Shown: positions 17,176 through 26,643, counted from the stretch's first letter. The stretch: DNA of 43,841 bases from Candidatus Peregrinibacteria bacterium (GCA_030618315.1 JAUXDO010000001.1:1-43841); one strand, 5' to 3'. Made by a program: numbers and translations. The notes: generated by a model not told the origin, from the sequence alone.

Positions 17176-19806
17176 ATGCTGAAAAAATTATCAAAACTTA
17201 TATTCGGAGATTACAATGAAAAAGAGCTTAAAAAGAAGAAGCCAATAGTAGCACAAATCAATGAGAAGGAACAGGAATACCAATCGCTTACTGATGATGA
17301 ACTTAAAGCTAAAACCCCTGAATTTATCGAACGAATTGAAAAAGGTGAAACTACTGATGATATTTTAGTAGAGGCATACGCAGTGGTAAAAAATGCGTGT
17401 AGACGTCTTGTTGGAACAAAGTTTATGTCAGGAAAAGACGAAAAGGAGTGGGATATGATTCCTTATGACTGCCAGCTTGTCGGTGGAATAATGCTCCACG
17501 AGGGGAAGATATCAGAAATGAAAACAGGTGAAGGTAAAACACTTGTTGCCTGTTTGCCGATGTATTTAAATGCGCTTGCCAAAAAAGGTGCACATCTTGT
17601 AACAGTAAATGATTATCTTGCACAGCGTGATGCGGAATGGATGAGTGTTGTCTATGAATATCTTGGACTTTCCGTCGGTGTTATAATCCACGACTTAACA
17701 CCTGACCAAAGAAGAGAAGCTTACTCCGCGGATATTACTTACGGAACAAATAATGAATTTGGTTTTGATTATCTTCGTGACAATATGGCAACTTCGCTGG
17801 AGGCTCGTGTTCAACGTGATTATTATTACGCGATTGTGGATGAGGTGGATTCAATTTTAATTGATGAAGCCAGAACTCCTCTAATTATCTCTGCACCTGC
17901 TGAAGAATCAACTTCTAAATATTATCAGTATTCGCAACTGATCAATCAGTTAAAACTCAACGCCGACTATGCAATCGATGAAAAAGCAAGGGCTGTTACT
18001 CTTACTGAAGATGGTATAGCAAAAATGGAACAGCTTCTTGGTGTTGAAAATATTTATACCGATGCGGGATTTATGGAAGTCCATCACATTGAGCAAGCAC
18101 TTAAAGCCCATGCAATTTTTCAGAAAGATACAGATTACCTTGTAAAAGATGGTGAAATCGTAATTGTAGATGAATTTACAGGTCGTTTAATGGCCGGAAG
18201 ACGTTATGGCGACGGACTGCATCAGGCCATAGAAGCCAAGGAAGGTGTTGAAGTAAAACGCGAGAGCAGAACGCTTGCAACAATTACTTTCCAGAATTAT
18301 TTCAGATTATTTAAGAAGCTTTCCGGTATGACTGGTACCGCAAAAACTGAGGAAGAGGAATTCTATAAAATTTATGGTCTTGAAACCATTGTAATTCCTA
18401 CAAATCAGCCGATTTGCCGTGATGACAAATCCGATCAGATATTCAAAAATACTAAAGGTAAATGGCAGGCGGTTGTGGATGCCATTAAGGAATATAACGA
18501 AAAAGGCCAACCAGTCTTAGTCGGTACAATCTCTGTTGAAACATCCGAGATGCTCTCCAAAATGCTAAAGATGACAGGAATCAAACATGAAGTTTTGAAT
18601 GCCAAACATCACGAACGTGAAGCTGAAATCGTATCGCTCGCTGGCCAAAAAGGTGCTGTTACCATAGCCACTAACATGGCTGGTCGTGGTACGGATATTA
18701 AACTCGGTGAAGGTGTTACAGATCTTGGCGGGCTCGCAATAATCGGTACAGAAAGACATGATTCCCGTCGTATCGATAATCAGCTAAGAGGTAGATCCGG
18801 ACGTCAGGGTGACCCAGGTGCCAGTCGTTTTTATATTTCGATGGACGATGAACTTATGCGCCTATTCGGTTCCGATAAAATCAAGGCGATGATGGATAGA
18901 CTCGGACTGCCTGATGATATGCCAATCGAAAATATAATTATCTCGAGAAGTATTGAATCCGCTCAAAAAAGAGTTGAGGGTAATAACTTTGATATTCGTA
19001 AACATCTTCTGGAATACGATGATGTGATGAATAAACATCGTGAAATTATCTATTCAAGACGTTTAAAAACACTAAAAAGTGATGATTTAAAGGAAGATAT
19101 TCTTGAATTAATGGCAGATGAAGCCAGAAATATCACCCTTTTTCATACATCAACCTCAAATAGAGCCGAGTGGGATTTTTCTTCGATCGCCGATGCGATT
19201 AACGCAATACTCCCCCATCAGGATAAGAAAATCGATTCATCCGATATTGAAAAGCTGGATACTGCAGATGAAATCATTGAGAATCTTACAAATATTTTAC
19301 ATAATGAATATAAGATAAAAGAGGAATCTCTTCCCGAAGCAAAAATGCTCCGTGATGTTGAAAAACGTGTATATCTGCATATAATCGACAGTCTTTGGAT
19401 GGAGCATATCGACAGCATGACTCAATTACGCGAAACCGTTTCCCTTCGTGGTTACGGTCAGCGTGATCCATTAATGGAATACAAACAGGAGGCTTTTCAG
19501 AAACTTAAAAAGCTTCTGGATGCCATACAGCACAATACAATCAATACCCTATTTAAGGTTGCTATTAAAATTGAGGAGCCTATTTCCAATAAAGCAGTAG
19601 CTCCTAAAAATATGCAGACAAATAAGGATGCTATCGAGGGCAATATCTCCGGACCAAAATTCCGTGCTCGTCCAGCTACTGCCGAATCTGCCGTCGCTCA
19701 GAGGATTTCTGCTGATGCACCACAAAAATCAAATGTTCCTGTGGTTGGGCGGAATGAGCCGTGTCCTTGTGGGAGTGGGAAGAAATATAAGAAGTGTTGT
19801 GGGTGA
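17176..19806 (+). CDS. secA: Preprotein translocase ATPase SecA
   Basis: 876 aa. Walker [37 protein letters not shown], and the C-terminal zinc motif [14 protein letters not shown]. Confidence 0.97.
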   Translation: MLKKLSKLIFGDYNEKELKKKKPIVAQINEKEQEYQSLTDDELKAKTPEFIERIEKGETTDDILVEAYAVVKNACRRLVGTKFMSGKDEKEWDMIPYDCQLVGGIMLHEGKISEMKTGEGKTLVACLPMYLNALAKKGAHLVTVNDYLAQRDAEWMSVVYEYLGLSVGVIIHDLTPDQRREAYSADITYGTNNEFGFDYLRDNMATSLEARVQRDYYYAIVDEVDSILIDEARTPLIISAPAEESTSKYYQYSQLINQLKLNADYAIDEKARAVTLTEDGIAKMEQLLGVENIYTDAGFMEVHHIEQALKAHAIFQKDTDYLVKDGEIVIVDEFTGRLMAGRRYGDGLHQAIEAKEGVEVKRESRTLATITFQNYFRLFKKLSGMTGTAKTEEEEFYKIYGLETIVIPTNQPICRDDKSDQIFKNTKGKWQAVVDAIKEYNEKGQPVLVGTISVETSEMLSKMLKMTGIKHEVLNAKHHEREAEIVSLAGQKGAVTIATNMAGRGTDIKLGEGVTDLGGLAIIGTERHDSRRIDNQLRGRSGRQGDPGASRFYISMDDELMRLFGSDKIKAMMDRLGLPDDMPIENIIISRSIESAQKRVEGNNFDIRKHLLEYDDVMNKHREIIYSRRLKTLKSDDLKEDILELMADEARNITLFHTSTSNRAEWDFSSIADAINAILPHQDKKIDSSDIEKLDTADEIIENLTNILHNEYKIKEESLPEAKMLRDVEKRVYLHIIDSLWMEHIDSMTQLRETVSLRGYGQRDPLMEYKQEAFQKLKKLLDAIQHNTINTLFKVAIKIEEPISNKAVAPKNMQTNKDAIEGNISGPKFRARPATAESAVAQRISADAPQKSNVPVVGRNEPCPCGSGKKYKKCCG

Positions 19807-19830
19807 AATAAAATTTATGATTAATGATTT

Positions 19831-20322
19831 ATGAAAAATAATAAAGAAATCTTTAGGAGTACACTTATATGGTTAATGTTTTCATTTCCCTTTGGCTACC
19901 TAGTAGGTGTAATTCTTGTAACCTTAATATTTATACCTAGCATGATAGAAGCTAGTGCAGTGGCGGGATTAGCAGAGTCTATGTTCGGTTTAGCTATAAT
20001 GTATAAAACAGGGTTCGTATTTAGTCTTGGATTATTCGTCGCAATGGCACCAATATTTTTATTGATAACTAATTTCTGGTTAAGAATCTCAAGGAAAAGA
20101 AAAAGCCTTGATAAGTCGTGGATTTACATTGTATTGCTTACTCTTTTAATCGGTATTATAAGCGCATTTACCTTGAATACTATAATGAATACTATAACTG
20201 GCTTTAGCTCCAATTATCAGCCAATATCCATAATATCCATTACTGGATTTTTTGGAGGATGGTTCGGCACACTTCTGCCAAGAATATTTATAAAAAAACT
20301 TAGGCCGGGTAAACTGTGCTAA
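19831..20322 (+). CDS. Hypothetical multi-pass membrane protein
   Basis: 163 aa with about four hydrophobic helices and no recognised motif. Confidence 0.5.
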   Translation: MKNNKEIFRSTLIWLMFSFPFGYLVGVILVTLIFIPSMIEASAVAGLAESMFGLAIMYKTGFVFSLGLFVAMAPIFLLITNFWLRISRKRKSLDKSWIYIVLLTLLIGIISAFTLNTIMNTITGFSSNYQPISIISITGFFGGWFGTLLPRIFIKKLRPGKLC

Positions 20323-20347
20323 GATAATAAAAATTAAACATAAAATC

Positions 20348-20536
20348 ATGAAAAAACACATAATAATCGTAGATCTTCTGTTGATATTAGTATTTTTATT
20401 AATTCTATTATCAAAATTGATTGTCTTACCATTCGCAAAGGTCATCCAGCCGATTTTCTTTGTTCTTTTGGTCACACATATTATTCAGCACTGGAAGATT
20501 ATTGTTTTTATGTTTAAGAATTTGTGGAAGAAATAA
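20348..20536 (+). CDS. Hypothetical small membrane protein
   Basis: 62 aa with two hydrophobic segments. Weak support only. Confidence 0.35.
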   Translation: MKKHIIIVDLLLILVFLLILLSKLIVLPFAKVIQPIFFVLLVTHIIQHWKIIVFMFKNLWKK

Positions 20537-20559
20537 GTGTTACGTAATCCCCCACCCTA

Positions 20560-23172
20560 TTAAATTTTATTATTATTGTTTTCTATATTCCGCCGGAAAT
20601 ATTTCACCATTTCCATATAGACGAGATTAAGAGAGGCGGCACCTATGCAAATCAGCCAATCTGTAAGTTTTAGAGGAACAAGCTCGAAGATGGCCTGAGT
20701 TGTCGGCTGATACATCACAAATAGTGTAATTCCCAAAATCAAAAGAACCGCAGTCATCAAAAAGCGATTGTTAAACACCCCTGTAACCGCAATCGATTCA
20801 CGAAGAGAGCGGAAGTTGTATGTACCTACGATTACCATAATCACAATAGTCGTAAATACCATTGTACGCGCCATTTCAATGTTTGTAACAGGATCTTGTG
20901 TAATAAAAACAATCAAGGCAATAAGTGCACTAAAAATTGCGATACTGAATACGATAAACGCGTTCCATCTGTTCATGACAGCTTCGTCCGGCGGACGCGG
21001 AGGACGGGACATCAGATCTCCGTGAGCCTTGTCGAGTCCTAATCCGATTGCCGGCATCTGTTCATCAAAGGCATTAATAAATAATATCTGGAGAGCCAGC
21101 AGCGGCAGAAGTTTAAAATCAAATAACAGAATACCAAGAAAGATCAGAATCACTTCCGTGAAGTTTCTGGAAATAAGATAGGATGAGAATTTTTCTATAT
21201 TCTGGTAAATCCGCCGGCCTTCTTTTACTGCTCCGACGATAGTCACAAAGTTGTCATCCTGCAGTACCATATCAGCGGCCTCTTTTGTCACATCAGTTCC
21301 TTTAACACCCATTGCAATGCCAATATCAGCTTTTTTTAAGGCTGGCGCGTCATTCACACCATCACCTGTCATAGCTACGATTTCACCATCTTTTTTTAAG
21401 AGGCTGACGATACGAAGTTTATGTTCGGGTTTGGTGCGGGCAAAAATTTTAATTTCTCTTAGTTTTTGGCGTAATTCTTTATCACTCAGTTCATCAATAG
21501 CCTTACCTGTCATCGCTTTGGCTTCTCCGCCTGCTATAAGCCCTATTTGTCTGGCAATCGAAATAGCAGTATGTTCATTGTCACCTGTAATCATCATCAC
21601 TTTAATACCTGCACGTTTACATGTTTCCAGAGCCTCTTTTACTTCCGGCCTGGCCGGGTCACGCATGGCAACAAGGCCTAAAAATATTAAGTCTTTTTCA
21701 ATGTCCTTTGTGGGAATTTTTTTTGTATCATACATTTTTGTGGCAAGTGCGAGCACGCGTAATCCTTTTCTGGCAAAATTGTGATTTTGTTTTAGGATCG
21801 CGTCTTTATCTTTTGAAGTCAGCTTGTGGTGTTTCCCGTTTAAAAGCTGATGACTACAGCGTTCTAATATTTCTTCCGGTGCTCCTTTGTTGTAAATCAC
21901 AAATCCCCCCTCGCTCTTATGAATGGTTGTCATCATTTTACGACTTGAAGAAAACAGTATTTCTTCCACGCGCTTAAGCTTTTCTTCCAGATTTTCTTTT
22001 TTGAAACCGGCTTTTCTGCCAAGTGTTATAAGGGCCACTTCCGTTGGATCACCAATCGGCTCCCAAAAATTATGATCAGACTCAAATAAATCTGAATTAT
22101 TGCAAAGAACACCTGCTTTAAAAATCTCATTCCATTTTGAAAAACTTTTTATCTCTTTATCATTTAGCTGGAAAATACCTTTTGGTTTATATCCGACGCC
22201 CGTAATAGAAATGATCTGATTATTCACAAATAATTTTTGTACTGTCATTTCATTTTTAGTGAGCGTTCCTGTTTTATCGGTACAAATGACGGTAGTACTG
22301 CCAAGCGTTTCTACAGCCATCATTCTGCGCATTATAGCGTTTTTTTTCGCCATTTTATACATACCAAACGAAAGCGCGATAGTCATAGTAAGCGGTAAGC
22401 CTTCCGGTACAGATGCAACCGCTAAAGCTAACGCTACAATCAGCATTTCTGCCATCGAAGCACCACGGATAATTCCGATAATCAAAATCATAACGGAGGC
22501 TGTGATTGCAATCATAGCCAATAACTTTCCAAGTCTGCTCATGCGTTTTTGAAGCGGTGTAGGCTCCTCTACTTCCTGAATCATAGTAGCGATATCACCA
22601 AGTTTTGTTTTCATCCCGGTTGCTGTTATGCGTGCCTGGCAGCGTCCGCTTACAATCTGTGTCCCGGCATAAATTAAATCTCCATTTTCTCTGTGTACTG
22701 AAATACTTTCGCCGGTCAGCATCGATTCGTCGACTTCGACACCTGTACTATGTATTAATTCCGCGTCAGCCGGAACACGATCACCGACTTCTAGTGACAG
22801 TATGTCTTCAGGAACCACATCCTTGGCATCGATTATCATCAAACGCCCGTCTCGGATAACAGTCGTTTTAGGCCGGACTATCTGCCGAAGAGCTTCCATT
22901 GCACGTTCAGCTTTATATTCCTGAATAAAACCCATCAAAATCACAAATACAATGATGAAATTAATCACCCAGAAGTTTATTACTTCACCTATTCCATAGG
23001 AAATAAGTGATGCGACTATCAGAATCCATACAATCACATCTACAAACTGCCGTAAAAAAACTTTTAATACAGTAAATTTTCGTTTAACCCTGATCTCATT
23101 CAATCCAAATTTTTCAAGCGCCTTAACTGCCTGTTCGCTGGTAAGACCTATAATTTTCTTTGAAATAGTCAT
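20560..23172 (-). CDS. P-type cation-transporting ATPase (type II, Ca2+/Mg2+-ATPase-like)
   Basis: 870 aa. TGES actuator motif, the phosphorylation site CTDKTGTLT, TGDN, and the GDGVNDAPALKKADIGIAMG hinge. Confidence 0.9.
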   Translation of the reverse strand: MTISKKIIGLTSEQAVKALEKFGLNEIRVKRKFTVLKVFLRQFVDVIVWILIVASLISYGIGEVINFWVINFIIVFVILMGFIQEYKAERAMEALRQIVRPKTTVIRDGRLMIIDAKDVVPEDILSLEVGDRVPADAELIHSTGVEVDESMLTGESISVHRENGDLIYAGTQIVSGRCQARITATGMKTKLGDIATMIQEVEEPTPLQKRMSRLGKLLAMIAITASVMILIIGIIRGASMAEMLIVALALAVASVPEGLPLTMTIALSFGMYKMAKKNAIMRRMMAVETLGSTTVICTDKTGTLTKNEMTVQKLFVNNQIISITGVGYKPKGIFQLNDKEIKSFSKWNEIFKAGVLCNNSDLFESDHNFWEPIGDPTEVALITLGRKAGFKKENLEEKLKRVEEILFSSSRKMMTTIHKSEGGFVIYNKGAPEEILERCSHQLLNGKHHKLTSKDKDAILKQNHNFARKGLRVLALATKMYDTKKIPTKDIEKDLIFLGLVAMRDPARPEVKEALETCKRAGIKVMMITGDNEHTAISIARQIGLIAGGEAKAMTGKAIDELSDKELRQKLREIKIFARTKPEHKLRIVSLLKKDGEIVAMTGDGVNDAPALKKADIGIAMGVKGTDVTKEAADMVLQDDNFVTIVGAVKEGRRIYQNIEKFSSYLISRNFTEVILIFLGILLFDFKLLPLLALQILFINAFDEQMPAIGLGLDKAHGDLMSRPPRPPDEAVMNRWNAFIVFSIAIFSALIALIVFITQDPVTNIEMARTMVFTTIVIMVIVGTYNFRSLRESIAVTGVFNNRFLMTAVLLILGITLFVMYQPTTQAIFELVPLKLTDWLICIGAASLNLVYMEMVKYFRRNIENNNNKI

Positions 23173-23412
23173 TTTATTTTATTTTTTAATATCAACAACA
23201 ACAATATTATATGAGAAAATTAATTAATAAGCCAACATGCTTTGCGTCAATCCCCTATTTTTAAATAGGATAGGGTATTTTGATAAATACTGACTATTGC
23301 TGAATATTAGACTGATGAACCTTTTTAAAGGCTTGAATGAATTGTTCTAAATGAGGTAATTTAAAAAATGGAGATTACTTTATCTAATTTCCTTTTTTTG
23401 TCAAATATATAT

Positions 23413-23441
23413 TTGACTTTCGTTCTAACTTATGTTATACT
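23413..23441 (+). promoter_or_regulatory. Near-consensus sigma70-type promoter with extended -10
   Basis: TTGACT (23413-23418), a 17-nt spacer ending in TGT, then TATACT (23436-23441). Confidence 0.55.
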
Positions 23442-23447
23442 ATCTTC

Positions 23448-23670
23448 CTTCAACCGAGAGGACCGGGTAATCAATACTAATTATTGATGGGCACAATTAT
23501 GGATTGGCGGGCGTATAGCTTAGCCTTGACCGATTGTGATCTGAAACCGGACGACCTCTCTGGAATTGGCACTTTGTGTCGATAGGTGAGCTGAGGATCG
23601 GTGGGCGTATAGCCCGACCGTGACAGACGCAAAAGGGGGAAAAGTTGTTCTGCAACATCCCCTATTTTTT
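23448..23670 (+). ncRNA. Candidate structured small RNA of unknown class (about 220 nt)
   Basis: A GC-rich island in an AT-rich gap, bracketed by the promoter at 23413-23441 and a terminator at 23634-23670. Stems: gagagg/cctctc (23456-61 / 23555-60), ccgg/ccgg (23463-66 / 23547-50), tcaata/tattga. Two similar modules contain gggcgtatagc (23509-19, 23603-13). Confidence 0.45.
23634..23670 (+). terminator. Rho-independent terminator
   Basis: The stem aggggg...ccccct encloses gttg-ttctg-caac and is followed by ATTTTTT (23664-23670). Confidence 0.6.
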
Positions 23671-23680
23671 ATATGTGGAT

Positions 23681-23709
23681 TTGACTTAAAAACGAATCTT
23701 TGCGAAAAT
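23681..23709 (+). promoter_or_regulatory. Putative hrcA promoter
   Basis: TTGACT (23681-86), a 17-nt spacer, then GAAAAT (23704-09). Confidence 0.35.
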
Positions 23710-23712
23710 CAA

Positions 23713-23739
23713 TTAGCACTCACCCACTTAATCTGCTAA
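23713..23739 (+). promoter_or_regulatory. CIRCE-like operator with a degenerate right half
   Basis: TTAGCACTC-acccactta-ATCTGCTAA compared with the consensus TTAGCACTC-N9-GAGTGCTAA. The left half is perfect and the right half matches 6 of 9. It abuts the hrcA ATG. Confidence 0.45.
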
Positions 23740-24446
23740 TGGATTTACGAAAGCAACAAATACTGGAGGCGATAATCGATTCTTTTATAAAGAATGCATT
23801 GCCTGTTGGCTCAAAATATATTCGTGAGTCGTATGATTTCGGTGTATCCCCTGCTACGATAAGGAATGAGATGGCTGCGCTGGAAGCTGAGGGATATATT
23901 GCTCAGCCACATACATCTGCCGGGCGCGTCCCGACTAACAGAGCTTATCGAATGCTTGTTGACCAGATGCAGATTCAGAATCAATTAATGAATCGTGTTA
24001 AACGTGATATGGAAACGGTTCGTAAACAATATTATTTAAAAAAAACTAAAGAAAAGCTATTTGATATTGTCGCAATACTCGCAGGAGTTACAAATAACAT
24101 CAGTTTTGCTACCTTGCCGGATAAAGACAGGGTATTTTATATCGGAATAAGCAATCTGCTAAAAAAACCTGAGTTTATTATGGAGCCGGAAAAGGCTTCT
24201 CAGGTAATTGAGATTCTTGAAAATGACTTATATGGCATTTTATCCGATTTGGAGTTAACGGATGAAGGTACTATTTATATCGGTGAAGAAAATATACTTC
24301 CTGAGTTCCAAAGCTGTAGTCTGCTTGCAATCCCCTATCAGTTAAACGGATTCAGAGGCATTATCGGGGTTCTTGGCTCTACGAGAATGGATTATCCGTA
24401 TAATCTTGCTGCGATTAGGACTGCTATTCAACTATTATCGGATTGA
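23739..24446 (+). CDS. hrcA: Heat-inducible transcription repressor HrcA (short form)
   Basis: MDLRKQQILEAIIDSFIKNALPVGSK...ATIRNEMAALEAEGYI..PHTSAGRVPT... and a C-terminal GVLGSTRMDYPYN. I prefer the ATG at 23739 over the track's TTG at 23700. Confidence 0.85.
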   Translation: MDLRKQQILEAIIDSFIKNALPVGSKYIRESYDFGVSPATIRNEMAALEAEGYIAQPHTSAGRVPTNRAYRMLVDQMQIQNQLMNRVKRDMETVRKQYYLKKTKEKLFDIVAILAGVTNNISFATLPDKDRVFYIGISNLLKKPEFIMEPEKASQVIEILENDLYGILSDLELTDEGTIYIGEENILPEFQSCSLLAIPYQLNGFRGIIGVLGSTRMDYPYNLAAIRTAIQLLSD

Positions 24447-24448
24447 GG

Positions 24449-24568
24449 AACGGATAGGTAAACGGATAGGTAAACGGATAGGTAAACGAATTGAAGAACG
24501 TATAGGAAAACGGATAGAAAAACAATTCGTCCAACAATACGTCCATCAATTAGTCCAACAATACGAAT
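24449..24568. repeat. Ten tandem 12-nt units filling the hrcA-ruvC gap
   Basis: aacggataggta occurs 3 times perfectly (24449-24484). Then come aacgaattgaag, aacgtataggaa and aacggatagaaa. The unit type then switches to aacaattcgtcc, aacaatacgtcc, atcaattagtcc and aacaatacgaat. The array ends 1 nt before the ruvC ATG. Confidence 0.8.
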
Positions 24569-24569
24569 T

Positions 24570-25076
24570 ATGAATTATTATTTAGGAATAGATCCAGGGC
24601 TCTCCGAAGTCGGTTTCGGCATTATTAAGTCTGATGGTAATGAGACTGAATTTGTTGACTGTGGGATTATTAAAACTACTCCTAAAAATACTTTTGCCGA
24701 GAGATTATCGATTATTAAAAAGGATATGGAGGAAATTCTTGCTATGCATAAATACGAAGCTGTTGGAATTGAGGAATTGTTTTTCGCAAAAAATGTTACC
24801 AATGCTATCAAGGTTGCTCATGCACGAGGAATAATCGTGCAGACGGTTCACGATTTACGATTTCCGATTTACGAGTTTACTCCATTGCAGGTCAAAAATA
24901 ATATCTGCGGTTATGGCGGAGCGGATAAATTGATGGTGCAGGAGATGGTTAAACGGCTCCTTAATCTAAAAGTCCTGCCAAAGCCTCATGATGCGGCGGA
25001 TGCGCTTGCGATTGCGATGATAGCTGCCCAAACTCAAAACTCAAAACTCAAAACTCTAAACCCAAAATATACCTAA
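24570..25076 (+). CDS. ruvC: Holliday junction resolvase RuvC
   Basis: LGIDPG at the N-terminus, EELFF, and the HDAADALAIA catalytic C-terminal motif. The last roughly 14 aa are encoded by a repeat arm. Confidence 0.9.
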   Translation: MNYYLGIDPGLSEVGFGIIKSDGNETEFVDCGIIKTTPKNTFAERLSIIKKDMEEILAMHKYEAVGIEELFFAKNVTNAIKVAHARGIIVQTVHDLRFPIYEFTPLQVKNNICGYGGADKLMVQEMVKRLLNLKVLPKPHDAADALAIAMIAAQTQNSKLKTLNPKYT

Positions 25077-25125
25077 ATATTTACCATTCAACAAATTTGA
25101 GTTTTGAATTTTGAGTTTTGAGTTT
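25030..25125 (+). terminator. Heptad-periodic hairpin (caaaact units); the 5' arm lies inside the ruvC coding sequence
   Basis: 25030-25056 aaactcaaaactcaaaactcaaaactc pairs with 25096-25125 tttgagttttgaattttgagttttgagttt (1 mismatch). The loop contains the ruvC stop (25074-25076). Confidence 0.7.
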
Positions 25126-25165
25126 ATTTTGCTATTATTTGAATTGAAACAAATAAAAACTTTTT

Positions 25166-26641
25166 ATGCGTAAATTCCTTGCTTTCCTTCTCGCGATAAT
25201 ACTTGCAATAGTTTTAGTAACTGGCGCACTTTTCTATAAGCAGGAGGGGTCTTTTAATGATATCAGTATTGATTCTGTAATTCATCTTTGGTCTGACGTT
25301 ATTTCTATTGATGAAGGTATCGTAGTTTATGATGGTGATGGTGAGCCTGAAATAATTGTAGTTGAGCCAGAGCCTGAACAGAATCTGACTTATGATGAAC
25401 GCATTGAAAAAGGTGATTATTATTTTGAACGAGGCTTTTTAACCTTCGCTTCGAATGAATATGTAAAAGCGGTAAATCTTGAACCTGATAGAGTCGAACC
25501 TTATTCAAAACTGCTGAAAACAAATTATGAACTCGGTGATTATGTAAAAGCACAGAAAAATGCCGAGATTATTCTGCAAAAAAATCCTAATGACATAAAT
25601 ACACTATTTGATCTGGCTTTGATTTACATAAAACAAAGTGATTTTGAAAACGCATCATTTGTTTTGGATAAATTAGCTCTTGCTGAAAATCCGGATCCAC
25701 GAATCACCTATTACCGTGCTTTATTAGAAATTGTTAATGAGAACCACGACGAAGGTAAGAAGCTCCTAAAGGAAGCTTTAAGAGATAGTACTGACCCTGA
25801 ATTGGATGATGATATTTCCAGTCTTTTATCCTCATATACCGAATTTGAATTTGCCAAGGCAGCGGATGAACTTTATTTATCTGAACTGCTTTCGAGGTCA
25901 TTTAATAAACTTGGTGAATATGAAATGGCAATTCATAAGCTAAAAGGAATACTAAAGACCAGAAATGATCTTAGAGATGCCTGGATACTGTTCGGTTTCG
26001 CATATTTGAATCTTGAAGAATATTATTTTGCGCAGTTAGCATTTGAACGAGCTTACGAACTTGATTCCGAATGGCCTACCACTCAATATTTTTTAGGAGT
26101 TACACTTGCTGAATTGGGCACATTGGATGATGCGATTTTATACCTGAATTATGCACTTAATAACAATTTTCAGCCGGAAGTAGTTGTTCATCAAAAACTC
26201 GCCGATTTATATATGGATTCTGGTGATTATGCAAAGTCTGTTGAATCGTATGAGAAAGTACTATCGATTAATAAAGATGATATCAATTCTTTTGTCAGAC
26301 CTATTTGGATTTATATTGATTATTTAAATGAGCCAAAAAAGGCACTGAATATCGCTGAAGTTGCAAATGCCACATTCCCTGAATCTGCAATGAGTTACAA
26401 CTTACTTGGCTGGAGTCAGATCGGAACAAATGACTATACTGAGGCTGAAAAGAATTTGAAAAAAGCCATTGAGCTTGAACCGGGTCTGCCTGCCGCACAT
26501 TATAATCTTGCAAGACTTTATGAAGTGCAGAATAGAAATGAGTTGGCACTTGAGGAGTATCAAAAAGCTTATGAGCTGGATACCAATGGAAGTATTGGAA
26601 ATCTGGCTGCTCAGGCTTATAACGAATTGATGGTCAAATAG
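25166..26641 (+). CDS. TPR-repeat protein with N-terminal membrane anchor
   Basis: N-terminal hydrophobic helix and multiple 34-aa TPR-like repeats (e.g. AHYNLARLYEVQNRNELALEEYQKAYELD). Confidence 0.75.
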   Translation: MRKFLAFLLAIILAIVLVTGALFYKQEGSFNDISIDSVIHLWSDVISIDEGIVVYDGDGEPEIIVVEPEPEQNLTYDERIEKGDYYFERGFLTFASNEYVKAVNLEPDRVEPYSKLLKTNYELGDYVKAQKNAEIILQKNPNDINTLFDLALIYIKQSDFENASFVLDKLALAENPDPRITYYRALLEIVNENHDEGKKLLKEALRDSTDPELDDDISSLLSSYTEFEFAKAADELYLSELLSRSFNKLGEYEMAIHKLKGILKTRNDLRDAWILFGFAYLNLEEYYFAQLAFERAYELDSEWPTTQYFLGVTLAELGTLDDAILYLNYALNNNFQPEVVVHQKLADLYMDSGDYAKSVESYEKVLSINKDDINSFVRPIWIYIDYLNEPKKALNIAEVANATFPESAMSYNLLGWSQIGTNDYTEAEKNLKKAIELEPGLPAAHYNLARLYEVQNRNELALEEYQKAYELDTNGSIGNLAAQAYNELMVK

Positions 26642-26643
26642 AA

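Noticed and set aside
495-22859. Numerous 60-180-aa ORFs antisense to or overlapping long conserved genes (e.g. 495..749, 2364..2702, 14998..15285, 21251..21784, 21621..21977)
   Set aside because: All lie inside well-supported genes on the opposite strand or in other frames. They have biased S/L/F-rich composition typical of antisense frames in AT-rich DNA, and they lack start-site signals.
23173-23440. A cation-responsive riboswitch (for example yybP-ykoY) in the P-type ATPase leader
   Set aside because: The minus-strand leader is AT-rich, and I could not find the conserved GGGGAGUAG-type core. The GC-rich structured segment (23448-23670) is bracketed by plus-strand promoter and terminator signals and lies more than 270 nt from the ATPase start.
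23448-23670. Assigning the candidate sRNA to SRP RNA, RNase P RNA, tmRNA or 6S RNA
   Set aside because: It has no SRP domain IV motif (GGAA...AGCAG), no RNase P P4 strands (GAGGAAAGUCC...), no tmRNA tRNA-like 3' end, and no single long bulged hairpin as in 6S RNA. It is left as unknown pending an Rfam scan.
24373-24573. Track ORF encoding EERIGKRIGKRIGKRIEERIGKRIEKQFVQQYVHQLVQQYEL (a possible repeat or coiled-coil peptide)
   Set aside because: It is the translation of the 12-nt tandem array. It overlaps the hrcA 3' end in another frame and has no SD or independent support. The related array at 26644-26739 is not open in a comparable frame.
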